From: Parcubacteria group bacterium
Lineage (GTDB): Bacteria > Patescibacteriota > Minisyncoccia > UBA6257
DNA: 56,202 nt
Assembly (NCBI GenBank): GCA_012798235.1
Contig: JAAZNP010000022.1
Span: forward strand, 1 to 56,202
Reading direction: 5' to 3'
This document shows positions 35,668 to 44,154 of this stretch, piece after piece. The position numbers were made by a program, and so were the translations under genes. The notes beneath the pieces are model-generated. The model had not been told where the DNA came from. It was given only the letters and a program-made list of their open reading frames with translations, and searched no databases. The first letter of the stretch is position 1. Each line of letters starts with the position of its first letter.

Positions 35668-38600
35668 TTAGATATTTAAATTAGATTCTTCTGTTTTTAT
35701 TTGAGGTTTATTTTCTGTATCTTCAATTTTTACTCCCAAAAGATTAACTGCTAAACCCAATGATTGTAATTCTTTTAAAATAACATTGAAAGCAGCCGGA
35801 ATATTGGGGCTTTTAATTTTTTCACCCCTGATAATAGCCTCATAAGTAGCAGCACGACCGATAACATCATCTGATTTAATAGTTAACATTTCTTGCAACG
35901 TATAAGCGGCGCCATAGCCTTCTAACGCCCATACCTCCATTTCTCCAAATCTTTGACCACCAAAATGAGCTCTTCCACCTAATGGTTGTTGAGTAATTAA
36001 AGAATAAGGGCCAATAGCACGCATGTGCACTTTATCCTCTACCATGTGTTCCAATTTCATCATATACATTACACCAATGGCTACTTTTCGCTCGAAAGGT
36101 TCACCAGTTTTCCCATCATAAAGGTTAACTTTTCCATCTTCTGGCAAACCTGCAGCCTTTAACTCTTTTTTAATATCTTCCTCGGTTGCACCATCTAATG
36201 CTGGAGTAATTGCCCGATAACCTAATTTTTGGCAAGCCAAACCTAAATGATTTTCAAATACTTGGCCTAAATTCATTCTTTTACCAACACCTAATGGATT
36301 TAAAATAATATCAACTGGTGTACCATCATCTAAATAGGGCATGTCTTCTTCAGGTAAAATAATAGAAATTACTCCTTTATTACCGTGACGACCCGCCAAT
36401 TTATCACCAACTTTCAATTTTCTTAATTCAGCGATTTCTACATTAATTTTCTTAATTACGCCAGCATCTAACTTATCTCCAGCCTTACGGCTTAAAATTT
36501 TAGTTCTAATAACACGACCGCGACGAGAAGGTTCCAAAACTAAAGAAGTATCTTTTATCTCCTTGATTTCCTCGCCAAAAATTGCCTGCAATAACCTTTC
36601 CTCAGGCGTTAACTCAGTTTTCCCTTTAGGAGAAATTTTTCCTACTAAAATATCTCCGCCACTTACTTCTGCACCTAAACGAACAATTCCTTCTTCATCT
36701 AAATCTTTTAATTTTTCTTCGGAAATATTAGGGATATCACGCGTGGTCATCTCGGGACCTAACTTTGTATCTACAACATCACAACTAAATTCTTCTAAAT
36801 AAACAGAAGTAAAATAATCCTTTCTTAAAACTCTCTCGGAAATAATAATAGCATCTTCATAATTAAAACCATAAAAAGGAATAAATGCTACTAATAAATT
36901 TTGTCCTAAAGATAAAAGACCATTCTCCGTAACGGAACCATCAGCCAATAAATCACCTTTTTTAACTTTTTGGCCTTTAGTAACGACCGGCCGTTGATGT
37001 AAACAACTTTGTTTATTACTTTTTACAAAAGTAATTAATTCGTATGCTTTTCGTTTATTATCTTTAGTTTTAATGGCAATATGAAAACTATCTACTTCTA
37101 TAACTTCGCCATCAACATCGCTTATTAGACATTGCCCTGATTCTAAAGCAATTTTCTTTTCCATGCCAGTAGAAACTAAGGGTGCTTTTGGTTTCACGCA
37201 AGGTACAGCCTGTCTTTGCATATTAGCACCCATTAATGCTCTGTTAGATTCGTCGTGTTCCAAAAAAGGAATGAGGCTTACAGCAGCAGAAATAATTTGT
37301 TGGCAAGAAACATCAATTAAATCAATATCTTCCCTTTTTGCCATTGATGGCTCGCCATGAATTCTGGCGCCTACCATTTCTTCTTTAATTCTGGCTTTTT
37401 CATCGATATCCACTCCGCCATGAGCAATTTTATATTTCAATTCTTCGAAAGCATCAAGCCAAATAATCTCATTAGTTAAATAACCATTTTTAACTTTAAT
37501 ATAGGGAGTTTCTAAAAATCCAAATTCATTTAAACGAGTATATAAAGATAATGATAATACCAAACCAATATTTTGCCCTTCTGGTGTTTGAATAGGACAT
37601 AACCGACCGTAATGGCTAGGGTGAACATCACGTACTTCCAAACCCGCCCTCTCTCTAACCAAACCACCTGGTCCCATCGGCGTCGCTTTACGCTTGTGCT
37701 CTAATTCCGAAAGCATATTCATTTGCTCCATGAACTGACATAATTGCGAAACATTAAAAAATTCTTTTAAACTAGTTACTAATTGACGCGGATTAATTAA
37801 TTGTGCCGGAGTCATTGTGAGAGGGTCAAAAGTCGCCATACGGTCTTGAATGGTACGACGCATTCTCATTAAACCAACACGAAAACGATCAGTTAAAATT
37901 TCCCCTACTGCCCTAATACGACGATTACCTAAATGATCGATATCATCATCTTCAGCTTGAGGATCAAGATTCAAACGAATAATTTCTTTAATAATCGCAA
38001 TAATATCTTCTTTTGTTAAAGTCCGTTGTTCAGTAGGTATATCTAAAGATAATCTTTGGTTTAATTTGTGACGTCCCACTTTAGCTAAATCATAACGATC
38101 TCGCCTGAAAAACATATTATTAATTAAGTCACGGCTATTATCATAAGTGGCTAATTCACCAGGGCGTAAACGGCGATAAATTTCAATATAACCCTCCTCC
38201 TGATTAGTGGAAGGATCTTTTTCAATAGTTTTATCAATATATTTCAAAATAGCTTCTTCATTTAAAGAAGCGAATAAATCATTAATTTCTTCATTGGTTT
38301 CAAATCCAAAGATTTTTAATAAGGCAGTAACCGGCACTTTGCGCTTGCGATCAATTTTAACCCAAATAGCGCCATCAGTATCAGTTTCAAATTCCAACCA
38401 AGACCCATGATAAGGAATTAACTTAGCGCCAAATAATTTAACACCTCTAAAATTCACGGAACCAAAATAAACACCAGGAGAACGATTGATTTGAGAAATA
38501 ACAACTTTTTCTACTCCGTTAATAATAAAGGTTCCTCGCGGTGTCATCATGGGAATTTCGCCAAAATAAACTTCCTGTTCTTTATGAGAACCTTGTTTTT

Positions 38601-38886
38601 TATTACTCAACTTCAATTTTACTCTTAAAGTCGCCTCGTAATTTAATTCTTTCTCTTTAGCTTGTTTTTCTGTGAGCTTCGGCTCTTCGAAATAATAATC
38701 TAAAAATTCCAGTTCTAAATCTTTACCAGTATAATCTTTAATCGGTGACAATTCTTGAAAAACCTCTTTAATCCCTTCTCTAAGAAACCATTCAAAAGAA
38801 GTAGTTTGAAATTGCGTTAAGGGAGGGGGCTCTAAAATATCCCGATGATGACGGGCGAATGTTTTAAAAACTAAGTGTGATGGCAT
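35668..38886 (-). CDS. rpoB: DNA-directed RNA polymerase subunit beta
   Basis: GRHGNKGVIS, FGGQRFGEMEVWALEGYGAA, and the rif-cluster region SQLCQFMEQMNMLSELEHKRK. Confidence 0.97.
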   Translation of the reverse strand: MPSHLVFKTFARHHRDILEPPPLTQFQTTSFEWFLREGIKEVFQELSPIKDYTGKDLELEFLDYYFEEPKLTEKQAKEKELNYEATLRVKLKLSNKKQGSHKEQEVYFGEIPMMTPRGTFIINGVEKVVISQINRSPGVYFGSVNFRGVKLFGAKLIPYHGSWLEFETDTDGAIWVKIDRKRKVPVTALLKIFGFETNEEINDLFASLNEEAILKYIDKTIEKDPSTNQEEGYIEIYRRLRPGELATYDNSRDLINNMFFRRDRYDLAKVGRHKLNQRLSLDIPTEQRTLTKEDIIAIIKEIIRLNLDPQAEDDDIDHLGNRRIRAVGEILTDRFRVGLMRMRRTIQDRMATFDPLTMTPAQLINPRQLVTSLKEFFNVSQLCQFMEQMNMLSELEHKRKATPMGPGGLVRERAGLEVRDVHPSHYGRLCPIQTPEGQNIGLVLSLSLYTRLNEFGFLETPYIKVKNGYLTNEIIWLDAFEELKYKIAHGGVDIDEKARIKEEMVGARIHGEPSMAKREDIDLIDVSCQQIISAAVSLIPFLEHDESNRALMGANMQRQAVPCVKPKAPLVSTGMEKKIALESGQCLISDVDGEVIEVDSFHIAIKTKDNKRKAYELITFVKSNKQSCLHQRPVVTKGQKVKKGDLLADGSVTENGLLSLGQNLLVAFIPFYGFNYEDAIIISERVLRKDYFTSVYLEEFSCDVVDTKLGPEMTTRDIPNISEEKLKDLDEEGIVRLGAEVSGGDILVGKISPKGKTELTPEERLLQAIFGEEIKEIKDTSLVLEPSRRGRVIRTKILSRKAGDKLDAGVIKKINVEIAELRKLKVGDKLAGRHGNKGVISIILPEEDMPYLDDGTPVDIILNPLGVGKRMNLGQVFENHLGLACQKLGYRAITPALDGATEEDIKKELKAAGLPEDGKVNLYDGKTGEPFERKVAIGVMYMMKLEHMVEDKVHMRAIGPYSLITQQPLGGRAHFGGQRFGEMEVWALEGYGAAYTLQEMLTIKSDDVIGRAATYEAIIRGEKIKSPNIPAAFNVILKELQSLGLAVNLLGVKIEDTENKPQIKTEESNLNI

Positions 38887-38977
38887 TATTTATTACTTAG
38901 TTAAAATAAAAGCACAAAAAACTAATCCCTAAAAAGGATTGTTTTCCATTTACCAAACAATTATTTAAAATATTGTA

Positions 38978-39217
38978 TCACTCTCTCGCAATTTTTAAAG
39001 CTTGAAGAATAGCCTGAGCTATTCTAATAGAAATAACGCTTTTTTCTTGAGATGTATTCAAAAACACACGATAAATATTCTTCCTGTCTATTTTATTCTT
39101 TTTACAAAATTTGTCAAGAGAAACAAGTAATTCTTCTCCATCTTGAGACGTTATTTGGTATTTCTTCTTATTTTTTGTAGTAAAGGTTAATATCAACATA
39201 ATAATAACAATTTTCAA
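38978..39217 (-). CDS. hypothetical small protein (weak resemblance to the N-terminal lobe of TsaB/YeaZ)
   Basis: The track start is a TTG inside a heptamer repeat. An ATG at 39199 gives 73 aa. LLVSLDKFCKKNKIDRKNIYRVFLNTSQEKSVISIRIAQAILQALKIA loosely parallels the TsaB region l..i..ll.....l.di..i.v..GPGSFTGlRIG...aqgLa. This is very tentative. Confidence 0.3.
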   Translation of the reverse strand: MKIVIIMLILTFTTKNKKKYQITSQDGEELLVSLDKFCKKNKIDRKNIYRVFLNTSQEKSVISIRIAQAILQALKIARE

Positions 39218-39239
39218 TTTTCAATTTACAATTTACAAT
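39208..39239. repeat. tandem heptamer repeat (CAATTTT)2(CAATTTA)2CAAT
   Basis: Read directly from the sequence. A partial inverted copy TTGAAAATTGTAAATT lies at about 39269..39284. Confidence 0.8.
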
Positions 39240-39349
39240 AAATTTTCAATGAATCAATTTCTAATGTTTGAAAATTGTAAATTCAATGAAATTTCGGAGG
39301 GCAGACTTCCGGCAATTTTAATTTATTTTTAACGATCGTCAGAAATAAA

Positions 39350-40060
39350 TTAGTTTTGAGTTCTGGGCTTTGAGCTTTGAGTTTTTACTATCACGTGTTT
39401 TTCTCTCCATTCTTTTATTTTCTGATGGTCGCCGGATAAAAGCACTTTAGGCACTTTCCATACTATTTTTTTATTTTTAGGATAAGGGTAAAAAATTTCT
39501 GGTCTTGTATATTGGGGATACTCGTAAGTCGCATCTTCTTTTTGCCCTAAAGAAAAAGATTCTTCTAATAAAGATTCTTTTCTTATTACGCCGGGAATTA
39601 AACGAGTAATGGCATCGATTACTACCATGGCTGGTAATTCTCCTCCTGTTAAAATATAATCGCCAATTGATATTTCTTCATCCACTAGTTTTTTAACCCG
39701 AGCATCAACCCCCTCATAATGGGGACAAATAAAGATTATCTCTCGATATTTCTTTAATCTCTCAGCATCTTTTTGAGTAAATTTCTTCCCATTAACTGAA
39801 AAAAGGATAACGCGGCGTTTTATCTTTTTATTTTTTGTTAAGGATTTTAATGCTTTAAAAATTGGCTCAATCATAAAAATCATGCCTGCTCCCCCGCCAT
39901 AAGGATGATCATCAACTGTTTGGTGATGGTTATTCGTCCATTGCCTTAAATTCCAAAGATTAATTTGAATTAATTTCTGTTTTTGAGCTCGTTTAATAAT
40001 CGAGGTATTAAAATAACTGGAAAAAGCCTCAGGAAAAATTGTAATAATATGGAAACGCAT
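39350..40060 (-). CDS. trmD: tRNA (guanine37-N1)-methyltransferase
   Basis: HPYGGGAGMIF, SIGDYILTGGELPAMVVIDA, LLSGDHQKI. Confidence 0.93.
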   Translation of the reverse strand: MRFHIITIFPEAFSSYFNTSIIKRAQKQKLIQINLWNLRQWTNNHHQTVDDHPYGGGAGMIFMIEPIFKALKSLTKNKKIKRRVILFSVNGKKFTQKDAERLKKYREIIFICPHYEGVDARVKKLVDEEISIGDYILTGGELPAMVVIDAITRLIPGVIRKESLLEESFSLGQKEDATYEYPQYTRPEIFYPYPKNKKIVWKVPKVLLSGDHQKIKEWREKHVIVKTQSSKPRTQN

Positions 40061-40068
40061 AGTAAAAG

Positions 40069-40102
40069 AAAACCGCGGTTTTAGTCATCATACCGCGGTT
40101 TT
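40069..40102 (-). terminator. 11-bp hairpin (two copies of the palindrome ACCGCGGT) with U-tract, between the KH gene and trmD
   Basis: Minus strand: AAAACCGCGGT-atgatgactaaa-ACCGCGGTTTT-CTTTTAC. It ends 9 nt before the trmD ATG. Confidence 0.45.
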
Positions 40103-40131
40103 CAAAATTTTTCAATGAAATTACCGACTTA

Positions 40132-40449
40132 TTATAAATTCAATCCTTCGGTAATTTGGTCAGCTGCCTGTTCGGCCTCTCGAGTACGAGTAGAACCTGC
40201 TGGTTCTTCAATCTTAAGATTAATTCTCGCTCGATTCTTAGCTCCAACAACTCTCAAAATAGTACGTAGAGCTTTAGCCATAGCACCCTGACGGCCAATA
40301 ATTTGAGCCATATCTTGAGGGTCTACTTTTAAAGACAATAGAACCCCCATTTCATCTACCTTACGATCAATTTTGACCGCATCAGGATTGTTGACTACAC
40401 TCTTAACTACTGTTTCGAGAACTTGTTGATCTACTGGTGTTTCAGCCAT
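40132..40449 (-). CDS. KH-domain RNA-binding protein (YlqC/UPF0109-like) with C-terminal extension
   Basis: IIGRQGAMAKALRTIL (KH GxxG loop). It sits in the conserved position upstream of trmD. Confidence 0.8.
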   Translation of the reverse strand: MAETPVDQQVLETVVKSVVNNPDAVKIDRKVDEMGVLLSLKVDPQDMAQIIGRQGAMAKALRTILRVVGAKNRARINLKIEEPAGSTRTREAEQAADQITEGLNL

Positions 40450-40542
40450 ATTTCTTTAATAAACTTTCTTAATTAATAATATGCTATCCTAGTAACTGTC
40501 GACCTCTGCCAGCTACTAAACTCAAAATATTATACTCTTTTT

Positions 40543-42705
40543 TTAAGATTTTTGCAATATCTTATCAGAATCCTCTAATTTGATTGATAGAAGCTGCGAA
40601 CTATTTTCTTCGCCAATGGTTACCCCATAAATTACTTCAGCCACGGACATGGTCATACGATTGTGGGTGATAATAATAAATTGGGTATTTTTACAAAGCT
40701 CTTTTAATATTTGAGAAAAACGTTGGCTATTATCTTCATCAAGAGCGGCATCAATTTCGTCAACAACAACTAGCGGCGGGTCAGATTGATTCACAATAGC
40801 AAAAAGAAGAGAAATAGCTACTAAAGTTTTTTCTCCACCAGAAAGCATTTCCAAGCTCTTTAATTCAGTTTTAGGAATATCAATTTTAATATCTACTCCC
40901 CAATATGATTCCTGATTAACATCTTCTTCTCTTGTATCAGTATCCTCCCCTTCTTCTTGATTCTCGTTATTCACTAAGGACTTTGATTTTTTAATTTGCT
41001 CAATTTTGGCAGAACCTCCAGCAAACATTAAACGAAAATAACGATTAAAATCTTTATTTATGTCGCTTAATGATTTCTCAAAACTTTTTTCGATTTCTTT
41101 AGTTAATTGTTGAATTAATATCTTTAAATCCTGAGATCCTTTCTTTAAATCTGCGATTTGTTGCTGCAAAAAATTATGGCGCTTTGAAATTTCTTCGTAT
41201 TCTTTAATGACGTTAGCATCCTCAATTCCAATTTCAGCCATATCTCGTCTTAATCTTAAAACCTGTTTTTCTAAAGAAAGAAGGTCTTCGGGCGCTAGTA
41301 GAATCTGGCTTTTGTTATCTTCGTAGTACTGCTTGATAGCAATAAAATCTAATCCGGCTTCTTCAATCCTTCGTTTCAGATCTTCGAGATGAAGTTTATA
41401 TTTTTCTAAAAGCAACTCTTGGCGCTGTTCTTCTTTGAGCAAATCTTCTTTCTGCCGACGCAACTCATTAATTTCTTCAAAAATAGCTCGAAAATTACGA
41501 TTTTTGGTATTCAGCTCTTCCTCCTCTTGTTTTAAAAGAAGATTTTTATTACTTAGCTCTTCTTCTAAAGAGGCTAATTGGTTTTCAATATTTTCTACTT
41601 GGGGGCGATTGTCTCGAGCGTTATCAACAAATATTGTTTTAAATTCAGCAATAATTTCTTTCAATTGGTGATGAATTAAAGCAATATCTTCAATGGTTAA
41701 TAATTTTTCTAATTTTTCTTTAATAATAATAATTTGTTTCTCAAGCTCTTTTCCTGATAACGCTAAACCAGTGGCTACTTCCTGATGGCCCAACTCGTGT
41801 AAAAGTTCTGATTTTTTATTTTGTAAATTAATAATCTCTTGGGTTATCTTTTGAATTTTAGACTCTAATCCTCCATTAGCTTCACCTTTACTAACCAATA
41901 ATTCTTCTTCTTTATTTTTAATTTTTTGATTCAAAGCAGCAATTTCTTGATTTAAACTATCTAACTTTTTATCGGGAAATATGTTTGACTCTAAAACTTG
42001 ATGATAAAGATTAGCGAAATATTTTTTCTCGGTAATAATTAAATCTTCTTCAATCTTTTCCCGTTTCTCCCAACGGGTCACTTGACGTTTGAGAGTTCTT
42101 AAATGTGGCAAAATCTCTTGTTCGAGGGCTAATGTTTTATCGAGATTGATATTAGTTTCTTCTAATTTACGTTTGGCTTCTTCTTTTTTCAGTTCAATGT
42201 TCTTTAAACCTAAAATTTCCTCCAACATAATTCGCCTTTCTTGAGGAGAAACTAATAAAATATTTTCTACAGAACCCTGATTAATAATAGAAAAGCCCTT
42301 GAGTCCTATTTTAGCGCTCGCGGTGAGATCAATGATATCTTTTAAGCGGCAGGGTTTGTGATTCAAAAAATAGCTATTTTCACCTGATTTATCAATACGG
42401 CGTAAAATGCTCACTTCGCTAAAATCTGTATTAAACAATCTTTTTTGGTTATCGAAAATTAATTCTACTTCGCAAACAGCCGCTGTAGTATCGTTTTTAC
42501 TACCAGCAAAAATTAAATCTTGCCCTTTTTCGACACGAATATTCTTAAAACTCTGTTCACCTAAAGCCCAACGAATAGCATCAACAATATTAGATTTACC
42601 AGACCCATTGGGACCAATAACTGCCGTAATTAAACAAGGGAAATCCAAAATAGTTTTCCCTCTAAAAGACTTGAAATTTTTAAGAATTATTCTCTTGAGA
42701 AACAC
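40543..42705 (-). CDS. smc: SMC-like ATPase, short form without a recognisable hinge
   Basis: Walker A GPNGSGKSN, ABC signature LSGGEKTLVAISLLFAI and Walker B VVDEIDAALD. About 420 aa of heptad-rich coiled coil with no globular hinge and no CxxC hook. Lies downstream of rnc, as in many bacteria. Confidence 0.75.
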   Translation of the reverse strand: MFLKRIILKNFKSFRGKTILDFPCLITAVIGPNGSGKSNIVDAIRWALGEQSFKNIRVEKGQDLIFAGSKNDTTAAVCEVELIFDNQKRLFNTDFSEVSILRRIDKSGENSYFLNHKPCRLKDIIDLTASAKIGLKGFSIINQGSVENILLVSPQERRIMLEEILGLKNIELKKEEAKRKLEETNINLDKTLALEQEILPHLRTLKRQVTRWEKREKIEEDLIITEKKYFANLYHQVLESNIFPDKKLDSLNQEIAALNQKIKNKEEELLVSKGEANGGLESKIQKITQEIINLQNKKSELLHELGHQEVATGLALSGKELEKQIIIIKEKLEKLLTIEDIALIHHQLKEIIAEFKTIFVDNARDNRPQVENIENQLASLEEELSNKNLLLKQEEEELNTKNRNFRAIFEEINELRRQKEDLLKEEQRQELLLEKYKLHLEDLKRRIEEAGLDFIAIKQYYEDNKSQILLAPEDLLSLEKQVLRLRRDMAEIGIEDANVIKEYEEISKRHNFLQQQIADLKKGSQDLKILIQQLTKEIEKSFEKSLSDINKDFNRYFRLMFAGGSAKIEQIKKSKSLVNNENQEEGEDTDTREEDVNQESYWGVDIKIDIPKTELKSLEMLSGGEKTLVAISLLFAIVNQSDPPLVVVDEIDAALDEDNSQRFSQILKELCKNTQFIIITHNRMTMSVAEVIYGVTIGEENSSQLLSIKLEDSDKILQKS

Positions 42706-42720
42706 ATTTTTAATAATTAG

Positions 42721-43416
42721 CTAATGCCAATCCTTGATTTCCAAAGCATTTTGAGCGGCTTCGGTTTCTGCTTCTTGCTTAGAATGGCCATGACCTTTGG
42801 CGATCAATTCTTCGTTTAAATACACACCAACTTCAAATTCTTTATTATGATCTGGCCCCCAAGAACGCAAAGTTTTATAGATTGGTGTAATACCTAAAAT
42901 TTCCTGGCTTTTTTCTTGGAAAAAACTTTTAGCATCCTTATAAGAAGCAGTTGCAAGAATTGTTTTAGTTTTCGGTAAAATATATTTTTTAATAAACTCA
43001 CGGCTGGACTCTAAACCATTATCTAAGTACAAAGCTCCTATTAAAGCTTCAATCGCATTAGATAAAATATAAGAGCGGCTATTATGCAAATCTTTAAGTT
43101 CACCTTTGGAAGCTAAAATATAATTTTCTATTTTTAATTCTTTAGCGACTTCTAATAAAGAATCACTATTTACTAAAGCCGCTCTTAAAACAGTTAATTG
43201 TCCTTCTGGTAATTCCGGAAACTCTTTTAATAATTCATCAGCTACAACAAAGCCTAAAATAGAATCTCCTAAAAATTCTAATCTTTCATTGTGAGGAACT
43301 GGCCAGTCTTTATTTTCATTTAAAAAAGAACGATGCGTGAGAGCCTCTTTTAATAAATCCAGATTTTTAAAAGACAGATTTAAATCTTGATTGATTTTAT
43401 TAAAATCCAAGTTCAT
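42721..43416 (-). CDS. rnc: ribonuclease III
   Basis: [12 protein letters not shown] catalytic signature plus a C-terminal dsRBD. Confidence 0.93.
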   Translation of the reverse strand: MNLDFNKINQDLNLSFKNLDLLKEALTHRSFLNENKDWPVPHNERLEFLGDSILGFVVADELLKEFPELPEGQLTVLRAALVNSDSLLEVAKELKIENYILASKGELKDLHNSRSYILSNAIEALIGALYLDNGLESSREFIKKYILPKTKTILATASYKDAKSFFQEKSQEILGITPIYKTLRSWGPDHNKEFEVGVYLNEELIAKGHGHSKQEAETEAAQNALEIKDWH

Positions 43417-43859
43417 GAGTTCTCTTTTGAAGATAATGTTTCTTCCATTTGGCGATAAATTGTTCCTAAGACGCCATTGACGAAACGACGAGAAGAATCA
43501 CCGCCAAAATTTTTTGCTAATTCTACGGCTTCGTTAATAGCGACTTTAGGTGGCACTTCTTTCTTATTTTCAAAAATCAGCTCAAAAATACCAATTCTTA
43601 AAACGTTACGGTCAATAATATTAATTTGTTCTAGGGGCCATTCGGGCGCCCCACTCTCGATTAATTTATTTAATTCCTCCCAGTGCTCTAAAATCCCAGT
43701 AAGTAATTTAGTAGGATATTCAATATCTTCCAAGCCCTGACCTAAATTTTCTAGATTTCTTTTAAAAATATCTTGAGCGCTAGGCCCTTGATAATTATTA
43801 AAATCCCACTCAAAAAGACTTTGAAGCACTAAGGAACGAGAAAGATGACGAGACCCCAT
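43413..43859 (-). CDS. nusB: transcription antitermination factor NusB
   Basis: Start trimmed to [46 protein letters not shown]. Confidence 0.85.
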   Translation of the reverse strand: MGSRHLSRSLVLQSLFEWDFNNYQGPSAQDIFKRNLENLGQGLEDIEYPTKLLTGILEHWEELNKLIESGAPEWPLEQINIIDRNVLRIGIFELIFENKKEVPPKVAINEAVELAKNFGGDSSRRFVNGVLGTIYRQMEETLSSKENS

Positions 43860-43869
43860 AGAAATAAAA

Positions 43870-44097
43870 TTATTTTTCCATTTCTTTTTCTTTCTGTTTC
43901 TTCTCTTTCTTGGTAAGCCCCTTATAGACGTCAATAATCTCTTGATTTTTGTAATAACCACAATAAGGGCATACGCGATGTGGCAAAATTTTGCGACCGC
44001 AATGCGGGCATTTAATCAAATTAACTGGTTTGAGGGCCAGATGAGAACGTCCCTTATTAACTCGTGAACGAGAATGATGTCGTGCCGGTAAAGCCAT
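43870..44097 (-). CDS. rpmF: 50S ribosomal protein L32 (Lys/Glu-rich C-terminal tail)
   Basis: [19 protein letters not shown] ... CPHCGR...[10 protein letters not shown]. Confidence 0.9.
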   Translation of the reverse strand: MALPARHHSRSRVNKGRSHLALKPVNLIKCPHCGRKILPHRVCPYCGYYKNQEIIDVYKGLTKKEKKQKEKEMEK

Positions 44098-44154
44098 AGA
44101 ACAAATTTTTTAATAATCTTTAAGAGAATAGCATAAAAAAACCCGAAAGACAAA

